Assembly (NCBI RefSeq): GCF_018350175.1
Contig: NC_058368.1
Span: forward strand, 19,718,001-19,782,000
Origin: Felis catus
Lineage: Eukaryota
Length of the DNA: 64,000 nt
Reading direction: 5' to 3'
Below the pieces are notes generated by a model. It did not search any database, was not told the origin of the DNA, and worked only from the letters and a program-made list of their open reading frames with translations. This document shows positions 12,363-23,403 of this stretch, one piece after another (the first letter of the stretch is position 1; each line of letters starts with the position of its first letter). Position numbers and translations under genes: made by a program.

Positions 12363-12789
12363 TAATGTTTATTTTTTATTTTTTAACGTTTATCTATTTT
12401 TGAGACAGAGAGAGACAGAGCATGAACAGGGGAGGGGCAGAGAGAGAGGGACACACAGAATCTGAAACAGGCTCCAGGCTCCGAGCTGTCAGCACAGAGC
12501 CCGACGCGGGGCTCGAACTCACGGACCGTGAGATCATGACCTGAGCCGAAGTCGGACGCTTAACCGACCAAGCCACCCAGGCGCCCCTAATGTTTATTTT
12601 TTGAGAGAGAGAGACAGAGTGCAAGTGGGGGGAGGGAAGGGCAGAGAGAGAGGGAGACAGAATCTGAAGCAGGCTCCAGGTTCTCACCTGTCAGCACAGA
12701 GCCTAATGCAGGGCTTGAACTCACAAGCCACAAGATCAGGGCCTGAGCCTAAGCTGGACATTTAACCAACTGAGCCACCCAGGTGCCCC
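12363..12789 (-). mobile_element. Two nested Can-SINEs (younger 12378-12587 inserted in the tail of older 12588-12789)
   Basis: Two heads ending ...gcgcccc and ...gtgcccc. Target-site duplication (TSD) taatgtttatttttt at 12363-12377 and 12588-12602. Confidence 0.88.
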
Positions 12790-13043
12790 TAATATACATA
12801 GTCTATATTATGCTTTAAACATATGTATATAACTACTATACATGCTTAAAATATTTCTGGATGATTAATAAGAAACGGTGAGCGACGGTTTACTTTCGAG
12901 GAGTGAGATTGTTACTTTCCGTTTTGTATTTCCAAACTATTTTATTTTAAAACCATGTACATGTATTTTGAATTAAAAAATGCTAGTTTCTATCTTTTTT
13001 TAAAAAAAAAGCGTTACAACTTTTTGTTTGTGTTCTGGTTTAG

Positions 13044-13136
13044 AACATCTTTCTGCACATCGTGGCCTTGTCTAATTCCAAGAAAATATGGGAATTTATT
13101 GAAAATTTCAAGCAGGAAAAGAAACTCAACATTCTG
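13044..13136 (+). pseudogene. DHRS12: DHRS12 pseudo-exon 4
   Basis: tttag|NIFLHIVALSNSKKIWEFIENFKQEKKLNIL|gtaag. 93 bp, canonical splice sites. Confidence 0.92.
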
Positions 13137-13456
13137 GTAAGTTTTATAAACATAAGTAGAGGATAAATTTCGTGTGTGTACATTTTTGGTCTACGTAGGT
13201 ATGGAGCGATGTGTGTGTTTGTGGGTCTTTGTGACGACGTCTTAGTGAGAATCCTTTATGGTGAGGCTTATTCGTGCAATCAGTTTACACACTGGCTTCA
13301 AGGGGAGTGGGAGGATGGGGATATTCCATTTTTCATAAAATGACGATGCGTATATCTGCATTCCTGAGCTCTGTAGATTTGGGGATGGGTGTATTAAAAT
13401 TAGAGGTTCTTGGAAAAATAAAAACAAGAAGTTTAGTCCAAAAGAATGCCTGCTAC

Positions 13457-13673
13457 AGGAACGCCTGACTGGCTCAGTCGGTTAAGTGTCTGACTTTGCC
13501 TCAGGTTATGATCTCACGGCTCATGAGTATGAGCCCCGTGTCGTGTCGGGCTCTGTGCTGACAGCTCAGAGCCTGGAGCCTGCTTCGGATCCTGTGTCTC
13601 CCTCTCTCTCTCCTTCCCTGCTCATGCTCGCTCGCTCTCTCTCTAAAGTAAATAAACAATAAAAAAAAAATTT
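13457..13673 (+). mobile_element. Can-SINE with TSD aagaatgcctgctac
   Basis: Direct repeat at 13442-13456 and 13674-13688 flanks the SINE body. Confidence 0.9.
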
Positions 13674-13862
13674 AAGAATGCCTGCTACCAACAAGCAGAC
13701 CTTTTAGTAGCACAGTGTGGGATTCCACAGTGAGCCAGGAGGACTCAGGTGGGATGGTATGTGTCTGTTCCTCCCAGATGCTCTGCGTTGAGCTGAGCTG
13801 CTTTTCTATCCAAACAGTTTCTAACGTGCTCCAAAACGCCCGTTTGGGCCAAGCTCTGGTCT

Positions 13863-14146
13863 TGTGCTGTCCAATATGGCTATAGAACATTGGAAATGCA
13901 GGTAGTCCAAATTGAAATATGCTGTAAGTGTAAAAATGAGCCCATTCCAAAGACTTGGTCTGAAAAAAAAAAAAAAGCAAACCATCTCATTAATATTTTT
14001 ATATTGGTTACAGGTTGAAATAATACTACTTTGGAGATATTGAGTAAATAAAATATATTATTAACATTTACCTGTTTCTTCTTACCTTTTTAATGTGGCT
14101 GCTTTTGAGAAAACTTCAATTCTATATTTCTGTTGGACAGCTCTGG
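13863..14146 (-). mobile_element. MER33-like hAT-Charlie MITE
   Basis: gtgctgtccaata ... taatgtggct...tgttggacagctctg termini. Confidence 0.7.
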
Positions 14147-14410
14147 TCTAGATGCAATCCCAGAGCACCTCACTGAGGATTCGGTTGCCCAGCCAACCCC
14201 TTGTAATTGGAGATCTCTGCACAGTTCTGTGGCTGAGCTTTCTGCACTAGTGGCATTTTCCTGGAAGGGGTTTGACATGAAGGGACAGTTGAGCAGGACT
14301 GTGGTCGTCACTTGGATGTGGGACTATTGGTGGTCATGGAGGTGTGGAGTTTGGAAACAGGTCTTCTGGCCCTGTTTGCCTGTATTTTGAGATGGGAATG
14401 TAATTTCTAG

Positions 14411-14494
14411 ATCAATAGTGCAGGTTGCATGGTCAATAAGAGAGAGCTCATTGAAGATGGCCTTGAAAAAAACGCTTTGCTCCCTGTGCTCTGG
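14411..14494 (+). pseudogene. DHRS12: DHRS12 pseudo-exon 5, +2 frameshift and donor GT->GA
   Basis: ttctag|INSAGCMVNKRELIEDGLEKN, then extra GC (14474-14475), then FAPCALG in the shifted frame. Followed by gagagt instead of gtgagt. Confidence 0.88.
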
Positions 14495-14940
14495 GAGAGT
14501 ATGAGCAGTTTTCTTAGCAAAATAAGCAGAGACCTAGATAACACCATAGAAGGATCAGAAAAATATCGGCCACCTTTTTGTGTTCTTGGTCCTAAGCACG
14601 ATTGTATTTTCCTCTTTCGCTGCATTAAATTTTCTTCATAAGACACTCTTTAAAAAATGCTTTTCTCGTGTTTTTTTATAATATGTGTTAGTGCCAGAAA
14701 TACTTAGCATTGTTAAAGCATTTTTTTCTAGGAAGCTCCAGGCTCATTATAGATGTTATTTTGGCAAGGAGCGCTGGTTCATCCCCCGTGGAATGTGCAA
14801 AGGGAACTTCTAGCCAGGGCTGAGGAAGGTGCAACCATGAGACGAGAGGACAGATCAGAAAGGGCGTTCAGTTAGAATGCAGGACATCTGGATCCTGGTC
14901 CCTGATCTGTTATAACAGGCTCACTCATTTGATGCCAGCC

Positions 14941-15130
14941 CAGTGGTTCTCAGAGTAGGGTTCCTGGACTGGCAGGATTAGCATCACTAGAGGAACTTGG
15001 TAGAAATGCATTTTCTTGGGCCTCACCCCCAGATCGACTGAAACCAAAACTCAGGGGTGGACCCAAGCAGTCTATGTTTTAACAGGCTCTCCAGATGATC
15101 CTGATGTACATTATCATTTCAGAACCAATG
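14941..15130. mobile_element. MER5A, near full length
   Basis: cagtggttctca...agaaatgca..ttcttgggcctcacccc...tttaacaggctctccagatgat...agaaccaatg. Confidence 0.8.
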
Positions 15131-15289
15131 TACCAGCCTTTTAACTTCTTTGGATTTTCTCCTTCTTGAACGAAGGAGTCTGCAGTAAATTATCTTGGTG
15201 TCTTTCAGCTTGGAGATGCCATGAATATAAGCTTCTCTCCTGTATCCACTTCCTCACTATAATTTAAGCTTTTAATGAGGCATTTAAAA

Positions 15290-15508
15290 AAAATTTTTTT
15301 AATATTTATTTATTTTTGAGAGAGAGAGCAGCGCACATGAGAGGGGGAGAAGCAGAGAGAGAGAGTAAGGCACAGAATCCAAAGCAGGCTCCAGGCTCTG
15401 AGCTGTCAGCACAGAGCCTGATGCTGTAGGGCTCAAACCCCCAAACTACAAGATCGTGACCTGAGCCGAAGTTGATCGCTTAACTGTCTGCGCCACCCAG
15501 GCAACCCA
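15290..15508 (-). mobile_element. Can-SINE with TSD tttaatgaggcattt
   Basis: SINE body flanked by a direct repeat at ~15271 and ~15513. Confidence 0.88.
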
Positions 15509-16034
15509 GGTTTTTAATGAGGCATTTTAATTAAATCTTGTCCTAAGTCACAAAGATGGCTGGCAGGGCTTGTCTGGTTGTTGGGGTCGTTGAGGATATC
15601 CATTAAATCGCAACCCTCTTCCCACTCAAGAACTGAACAAGTTGAGGAGTGAGACAGTGGAATAGTAACTGAAAGCCAGCATATATATCACTGCTGTTAC
15701 CAAACAAGGCTAGTTGAAGGGCGTGGTGCAGTGTGAGAGCCAAATGGGTTTCTTACTATCGCGCCCAGGAAGGAGACCCACTTCCCTTGTCACAGCTGGC
15801 TGGCCTAGGCCCTACTCTACCTTCTCCTGCCCAGGAAGAGGAGAAAGTGGGGAGCAGAGCTGAGCATGCCCAGTTTGTTGCTCCCAAGTGTACTAAATTG
15901 ATTATTGATAATGGCTCTGCCTATCCTGGGCAGAGGGAAGAGGGGGCTGAGAGAGGGCAGAATCACTACCCTCTCTCCATGAGGAAGGAAATGGTGGGAG
16001 TCGGGAAGGACCTTTCTCCCCAGTGGTGAGGCTG

Positions 16035-16065
<31 letters not shown>

Positions 16066-16252
16066 ACCTAGAAGCTTATCATAAAATGATGTGGAGTTTA
16101 GTACAAAATATTCTCTTTGATTTTGTTCCAAGTGTAGTATCTTTGCCCGAAGTACCAAACCCAAATGTGGGGTCATGTGGGTTTTGCCTTATAACTTTAT
16201 AGGGTGGCAGAGATGCCCGGAGAGCCACAGCTGGCCTCCGGGGGGCTGCTCA

Positions 16253-16645
16253 GCAGGACCAGCTTTATGATTTGTGGGGCCCAGTGACAAACAAAAATAT
16301 GGCACCCATACTCAAAAATTAGGAATTGCAGGGGCGCCTGGGTGGCACAGTCGGTTAAGCGTCCAACTTCAGCCAGGTCACGATCTCACGGTCCGGGAGT
16401 TCGAGCCCCGCGTCGGGCTCTGAGCTGATGGCTCAGAGCCTGGAGTCTGTTTCCGATTCTGTGTCTCCCTCTCTCTCTGCCCCTCCCCCGTACATGCTCT
16501 GTCTCTCTCTGTCCCCAAAATAAATAAACGTTGAAAAAAAAAATTAAAAAAAAAAAATTAGGAATTGCAGTACACTGTCAACAGAGCATCAACCAAACGG
16601 GGAGGCCCTTCAAAGGTCAGGGGCCTGTGAGACCACATGGAAGAA
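16253..16645 (-). mobile_element. MER45A-like MITE interrupted by a young SINE
   Basis: caggaccagcttt..atttgtggggcccagtg on the left; acagagcatcaaccaaacgggg..ggccctt on the right. Confidence 0.6.
16331..16557 (+). mobile_element. Young SINEC_Fc, full length, perfect 17-bp TSD
   Basis: TSD aaaaattaggaattgca at 16314-16330 and 16553-16569; CpG-rich body. Confidence 0.93.
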
Positions 16646-16689
16646 GTCAGCGCTGCTGCTTACCCACCCTCCGTCCAACAGAATTCTGC

Positions 16690-16885
16690 TGGGCACTGAC
16701 CGTGCGCCGGACATTGGAGAGTATTGTCCATACATAGTCATTTAACCCTGGTGACCATCCTGTGACAGAGGTATTCTTACCTCTACATCCCAGATGAAGA
16801 AACAGGCCGAGAGAGGTTGAATCGCTTTCCGGAGGTCAAGTGGGGGAGCCAGAATTTGAACCCAGGCCTGTCTGCCTCCACAGCC
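16690..16885 (-). mobile_element. MIR SINE
   Basis: cagatgaagaaacaggccgagagaggttgaatcgcttt...gaatttgaacccaggcctgtctg. Confidence 0.75.
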
Positions 16886-18328
16886 CATGAACAGGATGCA
16901 GTTCTGCCCCCAGCAGCCTTTTCCCCCTGTATTACGGTGAAGTAGGTGCTAAGGGAGCACAGGGAGGGAGGTGAGCAGTCCCGCCAGGGGGACGACGGGC
17001 GGGCTGGGGCATCGCTTGGCGGGCAGCTGGGAATCTGCATTCACAGAGCATGCAGCCGGGTGTCACAGTCTAAGGGGACTGCCTTTTTGATTGTACGGCT
17101 GGTTCTGTTGTACTTTTGTATGGATCTGGTCTGCTTCTGAGGACCTTGATATCTCTTCATTTTCATTTCCTCTTTGTGTTGAAACATCTTATTGATCTTC
17201 CCAGCCTCTCTGAGACGCATAATAATTCTCGGGCTTTGATATGTATTCATCGTCTCCAGAGTGGAAGACAGGGTACAGTATACAAAGCAGCATGTTAAGG
17301 ACAGAGGGGGCAGCTTCATGTGTCTGTGCTCACGGATGAGGAGATACAGAGAGGTTAAAATACTGTCATTCTGAACAGGTCCAGAGCCAAAGGAACAACC
17401 CAGACCTCTGTCTGAGTCCTAGGAAATTGCTGGCTGCCTCGCTAATATGAAACATGTTTTCCTGGCCCGATTATGTAACGTGGGATGGGTTGTTTTCTCT
17501 GATTCTGTTGGGCCTCTAGAAACGATTCCAATCCCCAGCCAAACACCGGTAGGTTCCTGACACTCTGAGGACAGGACAGCACCAGTCTTTGCAGAATTTA
17601 TCACCAGATCCTGAGGATTTGGAAGCTGGAGGGCTGTCAGAGCCCATGCCTGCAGGTGGCCGTTTGTGGAGACATCACAGTGTATGAATTTGATTAAGGA
17701 CGGAAAGAACTCTCCTTAACCTTCTGTGGGGGTAGGTGGGGCGTGGGGAGATCTTCATAGTTTGCCCTTTGGTGGGACAAAATGAGCTACTCTGGGTAGA
17801 TCTGTGGGCGGATGGACCGAGGAGGCAAAGTGGTCTCGTGAGACAGGTTCTGTTTGGTTGTTCTTCTCGCCCCTGTGTTTTGGGTGTTCTCACATCCTAT
17901 GCTCTTTGCCTGTTAGCATGCAGCGGCATTAAGCGTCCATTGGAGTGAAGACAGATGGGAGGGGAGGGGGGGCCGTGCTAAGTGCTCTGCTGGCAGCCTG
18001 CCACAGCCTGAGCGTTAGCGCATTAAATCCACCACATCTTAGCCTCGCTCACGCTGCAGGACACAGGACGAGGACACTGACTCTACCTCCTCCAGGACAG
18101 CTGCGTCATCAACTAACTGGCTGTAATAAACAGGCAGTGGTGCCTTCGTTCTCTGGCAGAAGGTGGGGGAGTTCAGCATAGGTCATTCTGGAAGGACATA
18201 CGTTGCTGTACAGTTAAGTGTTCTGTCACTTGACATTCGGTGATCTGGAGCTCTCTGCTCTCTGGCATATCCCCACACGCAGTGGATACTGCTGTTTAAG
18301 GCAGGGACTCAAAGTCCAGAAACACCTC

Positions 18329-18361
18329 AATAATAATAATAGTAATAATAATAATAATAAT
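18329..18361 (+). repeat. (AAT)n microsatellite
   Basis: aataataataatagtaataataataataataat. Confidence 0.9.
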
Positions 18362-18523
18362 GGCACACATTCTTGGGTCACCTCACTCAATCCTCGTAAC
18401 ACCTGTACAGATTTTCGAGACGAGGAAACGGAGAGTCAGAAGTACTCTGAAACCACAGTCTGTGACTTACCTTACTAAAGAAAGGACAACTAAATTATAG
18501 TTGGTGCATTTTTAGTATAGGGT

Positions 18524-18910
18524 TGTATCTGTCAGTTATTGCTACATAACAAACAATTCCAAAATCTCAGAGACCTACAAAACAAGCATGTACTTTTTGC
18601 TGACTCTTCTGCAGGTCTACTGGGCTAATCTCAGCTGGGTTTAGCAGCGTGTCTCAAAGCAGCAGGTGAGATCTGGAGTATGTCCCAAATGTCTCACATC
18701 ATCCTAGGCTGACCAGGATTTGTTCCCATGGTGATAGCAGAGGTCCAAGTATGCAAGCACTTTCAAGCCCCTACCGGATTCACATCTGCTAGTATCCAGT
18801 TGGCTGATGCAAGTCACTTCATAGAGCCCCAAACCAGAAGTCAGGGAGCATACTCCTCCATGGAGGTGGGGAAGAGAAGGTGAATTATTGTTGACAATAT
18901 TCTTCCACAA
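18524..18910. mobile_element. MLT1-family MaLR solo LTR (old)
   Basis: tgtatctgtcagttattgctacataacaaac..ccaaaatctcag start and ...ttccaca end. Confidence 0.7.
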
Positions 18911-19939
18911 GGCCTGTTTTATTACATTCTAATTCTTTGGAAATAGGTGATCTGAGTTTGATGTGGTAACTATTAACCAAAATACTTAATGAACAAAATA
19001 CTTTATTTGTTCAGTAAACATTCAGAGATCACCTGCTATATAGCAGACACTGTGGTCAGTGATGAGGACTCAGAAATTGAAGGGGCTCCTGGTCTAGTGG
19101 GGGAATTAGACACGTAAGCAATTTCAGTAGCCATACAGTAAGTTCTCTTTTCATCCATGAAGCGAGCTAGGGTGCAAAGCAAAGAGGAAAGCAAAGAACA
19201 GCACTGCCGGGGGAGAATGTTTCCTTAGACACCGCATGTGTTTGGTACCAGGCATTTTTACTTGTCAATAATCTTTACCCTGAGTTTTACCCATGCACCA
19301 TTTTGCTTCAAAGACCTCCTTCCAGCTCACAGATCTTCAAGCCTCCCAGAGAGGCACAGAATCTGGGAGATAATAACTACTCTAGACATGTCAGCTAGCA
19401 TTGTTTTAATATCCAAACCCTTTAACCTGGAATTAAAGTCCTCTGTTGTCATACCCCACCTACCTGCCCAAAAATATTTCCTATTTTTTTCCCACATGGA
19501 TCCTCTATCAGTCAGCCCATTAATTTTGGAAAATGCCACTAACAGTTTTATGTCTCCAAGCCTTCATCCCTGCTGTCCCTCTGCCTGGAATGTTCTCCTC
19601 CTGGTTAACTTTTGCTTCTCTGTGACTCAACTGGGCACAACCCCGGCACAGAGCTGAGTCAGGTGCTCCACCTCTTGGCTCCACCTCTTGGGAACCTGTT
19701 GCATGACAGGAATCGCCTGTTGACAGTTTGGTTCTTGCGCAGAGCAGAAATCCTTGAGGGCAGACACTGCCTGGCCATTAGGAGGCGCTCGGTCTGTGTT
19801 GGCTGAACCACAGTCCAGGTCCTCCAGCCCTTTGTGCACAATGTACAAACCTGTCCACGCCTCATGTTCCCATTCTGTAAAATGCGGATAGTGATGCTTT
19901 TGCAGGCTAGAGGTGAGGATTAAAGAGAGAATTGTAAAT

Positions 19940-20405
19940 TACTTGCCCAAGAGAAATTACTCACGTGCACACAAAAACAGGCACATGAATGTTTAAGCAG
20001 CTTTATTTTTATTCATAATCACCCCAAACTGGAAACAACCCAGATGTCCTTCAGCTGGTGCATAGATAAAGGGTGGGGGGGGGGGGGGGGACTTCCACAC
20101 AATGGAATGCTATTCAACAATAAAAAGGAACAAAATACTGATGGATGCAACAATGTGGATGAATCTTGAATGAACTGGCAAAAGTCAAGCCAGACTCAAA
20201 AGGATACATACTTGTATGATTTATGTGACATTCTAGAAAAGGCGAGCCATAGGGACAGAGAACGCATCAATGGCTACAGGGTGGTTGGGGTGGGTGGGGG
20301 ACAACTATGAGGGAATATTTGGCTGAAGGAACTGTTCTGAATCTAACGCAGTTACCCAACCCTATGCATTTACAAAAATTCAGAACTGTGCACGCGTGCA
20401 CACGT

Positions 20406-20438
<33 letters not shown>

Positions 20439-20470
20439 TGCAGAGTTTTACCGTATGTAAAAAAAATTTA
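19940..20470 (+). mobile_element. Old L1 (L1MB/MC-like) 3' end
   Basis: ccaaactggaaacaacccagatgtcc, caatggaatgctattcaacaataaaaaggaac, gtggatgaatctt motifs. Confidence 0.8.
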
Positions 20471-20476
20471 AATGTA

Positions 20477-20803
20477 CAGTTGGCCCTTGGGCAACGCAGG
20501 TTCAAACTGTACTGGTCCACTTATGTGTGGATGTTTTTCAATAACTCCAGTATAGGACTGTAAATATACTTTTTCTTCCTTATGATTTTCTTAATAATAT
20601 TTTATTTTTTATAGCTTAATTTATTACAAGAATACAGTGTATAATACATATACAAAATATGCGTTGACTGTTCCAAATTATCAGTAAGGCTTCCAGTCAA
20701 CAGCAGGCCAACAGTAGTTCAGTTTGGGGGGAGTCAAATTATACCTGGATTTTTGACTGCATGGTGGGGGTCAGTACCCCTGATACTGCATTGTTCAAGG
20801 GTC

Positions 20804-20808
<5 letters not shown>
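20477..20808. mobile_element. Tigger2a-like (TcMar) MITE
   Basis: Terminal inverted repeats cagttggcccttgggcaac / ttgttcaagggtcaactg, preceded by TA. Confidence 0.85.

Positions 20809-20849
<41 letters not shown>
20807..20849 (+). repeat. (TG)n microsatellite; (CA)n at ~20407-20436
   Basis: Direct reading. Confidence 0.95.
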
Positions 20850-20851
<2 letters not shown>

Positions 20852-21859
20852 TTGTATATATGAAAGAAAAAAGAAAGAAAAGCATTGTAACTCTCAGCAC
20901 ATGTCTGGCAGGTAGTGAGTCCATTTCTTAGAAGCAGATGATTTATTATGGTTGTTTCTTGGTGCCTTTTTTTAGTAATCAATGAGCTCCTACAAGGGGG
21001 ACTTTATTTTCTTCAGCTTTGAGCCCAGGTCACCCAGCACACCCAGAACACACAGTAGCAGGTGTTCAGAAGCATCATTGGTGAGGAATAAATGCAGAAA
21101 CACCTCCCATGCTGTGCTGTGCGGAGACCGGGGAGGTCCCTTCCTGGTCTGCCTGCTCCAAGGACATTGGGGTACACAACAGCTAGTAAAGGAGAAAATG
21201 GCCACCTTTCAGTCCAGGAAAACACCTTGACCCCAAATTTTGTGTTTCCCGAGAGCCCGTGTGGTTCTGGGAAAAACGGGATGGGGATAGTAGTCACAAA
21301 CAATGAGCAGCCAGCCCCAGTGCCTCCCTGGGGTTCCTGTTGTTCCTCCATCATCATCATCACTGTCCTAGAATTGTCTCTGCACTGCCTTTCCCCTAAG
21401 AAGCCAATGAAAGGGAAGGGGACAGGAGGATGGAGAAGGAGAGGGCCACCATCCGGCTACAATGGAGTCTGGACCCCAAAGTGCCCAGACTCTTCTGATC
21501 TCTCTAAAAAATCAAATTAATGGATGCAAGAGTAACATCCAGGCCCCAGCAAGGCCAGTGTGGGCCTCAGCATCATTCCACATTCTGGACCATCCCTAGT
21601 TACCTCCTTTATTCTCCCCATCTCCCCTCCCTCTAAACATCTGTCTCCTTTCTTTCATTCCTTTAGGCCATATTCCTTTAGGGGTCCAGCTCACAGCTAA
21701 GCGAACCGAGGGATCTGTGCTCATCTTAGTAGGTGCTGTCTTCAGACTTTGTGTGTAGAGGGAAGGGGAGGGGAGGAGGCATTTATTCAAGATAACCTTT
21801 TTTTTTTTCCCTAATCTTAAAACAGATGAGTATTCATTTAGAAAATAGGGAAATAAAAA

Positions 21860-22800
21860 TATGCAAGAGTAACAGAAAACTCTCCTGTAATTCCATCATT
21901 AAGCTATAGCCACTGTTAACATTTTTGGTCTATTTCTCTAAGCCTTTTTCTATGCTTGTCCCCTGCTCTCCCCTTGGAACCACGTGATATGTATCATTCT
22001 GAGTCCTAGGTTTTTCCACTTAACCACTGTATTTTAAGTGTTTTCTCATGTCATTTAATATCCTTTAAAGTGTCACTTCTATTCAGAATATATTCTATTG
22101 TATGAATGTTTCATGATTTATTAACCCTCTCGTATGGGATATTTAGCTTGCTTCTAATTTCTCACTATTGAAAATGACTCGGTGATAAATGCTTTTGCAC
22201 ATACGTTTTTGCTTGTCTTTGGTTACTGCCGTAGAATGGATCCCTGGTGGTGAAATTACAGAGACTTAGTGTGTGAGCATTTTTAAGACTTGGATCTGTA
22301 GTAACCACATTACCCTCCAGAAAAAAATGTACCAATTTATATTCCCCCCAGCACTGGAAGTGCTTGTGTTTTTTACTTTCTGTTGTTCTCAAGTGAGTGA
22401 GCTTTGTAAAACTGATGGATGAGATATGGCATCTTATTTTTCTTTGCATTTCTTTGGTTACTAGTGATATTGGAGTTGGTGGTGGTAGTTTATTGGCCAT
22501 TTGTACTTCTTTTGCTACTTGTCTGTTCATGTCCTTTGCCCATTCTTCTATTGAGATTGTTATCTCTTAAACTTTCTTTATAAGCCTTCTTTGGCATATT
22601 TATTGCAAGTGCTCCCCTTCCCCCTCCCCTGTTGGGCAAATTGCTTTTTAATTTTTTTTTTTTTTATGTTTGGTTTTTTTTTTATGTTTTTTTTATGTTT
22701 GGTTTGCCACACAGAAGTTCAATTTTTTTATGAGGTCAGGCTGTATATTTACCATTAAGACTGATTTATTCACTTTTAGGATTAAAAAATCCCTTGTTAG
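21860..22800 (-). mobile_element. Old L1 (L1ME-like) fragment
   Basis: ttccctccagaaaa..tgtaccaatttatattccc..ccagca and tttgcatttctttggttactagtg motifs. Confidence 0.7.
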
Positions 22801-22930
22801 TCTCAATAATTTAGTTACATGGTTCTCTCCCCACCCCCATTTTCCTCTAACATTTTCTTAGCTTTTTAATGCACCTGGAAGTCTTTTTGGAATAAGGTAG
22901 GTAAGGAGTGTTTTAAAAAATTTATTTCTC

Positions 22931-23152
22931 GGGGCGCCTGGGTGGCGCAGTCGGTTAAGCGTCCGACTTCAGCCAGGTCACGATCTCGCGGTCCGTGAGT
23001 TCGAGCCCCGCGTCGGGCTCTGGGCTGATGGCTCAGAGCCTGGAGCCTGTTTCCGATTCTGTGACTCCCTCTCTCTCTGCCCCTTGCCCGTTCATGCTCT
23101 GTCTCTCTCTGTCCCAAAAATAAATAAACGTTGAAAAAAAAATTAAAAAAAA
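22931..23152 (+). mobile_element. Young SINEC_Fc, full length
   Basis: TSD aaaaaatttatttctc at 22915-22930 and 23148-23163; nearly identical to the 16331 copy. Confidence 0.93.
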
Positions 23153-23191
23153 ATTTATTTCTCTTTTTCATCTTCTCTCCCTCATATTCTT

Positions 23192-23403
23192 AATTTTTTT
23201 TAATGTTTATTTGTTTTTGAGAGAGAGAGGCAGACTGCAAGCAGGGGAGGGGCAGAGAGAGAGGGGAGACACAGAATCCGAAGCAGGCTCCAGGCTCTGA
23301 GCTGTCAGTACACAGCCTGACGTGGGGCTCGAACCCACAAACCGTGAGATCATGACCTGAGCCGAAATCGGTCACTTAACCGACTGAGCCACCCAGGCGC
23401 CCC
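23192..23403 (-). mobile_element. Can-SINE (Fc-type)
   Basis: Reverse head ...cgactgagccacccaggcgcccc. Confidence 0.92.

Noticed and set aside
12394..12687. Recurrent 'GAWVAQSV..PTSAQVMIS' ORFs throughout the window
   Set aside because: Translations of Can-SINE copies, not a gene family.
16331..16410. tRNA-like A/B boxes
   Set aside because: This is the tRNA-derived head of a Can-SINE, not a tRNA gene.
20071..20090. Poly-G tract (and poly-C ~2913-2930) as functional G-quadruplex
   Set aside because: Homopolymer expansions within old repeat or intronic DNA; length is unreliable and there is no supporting context.
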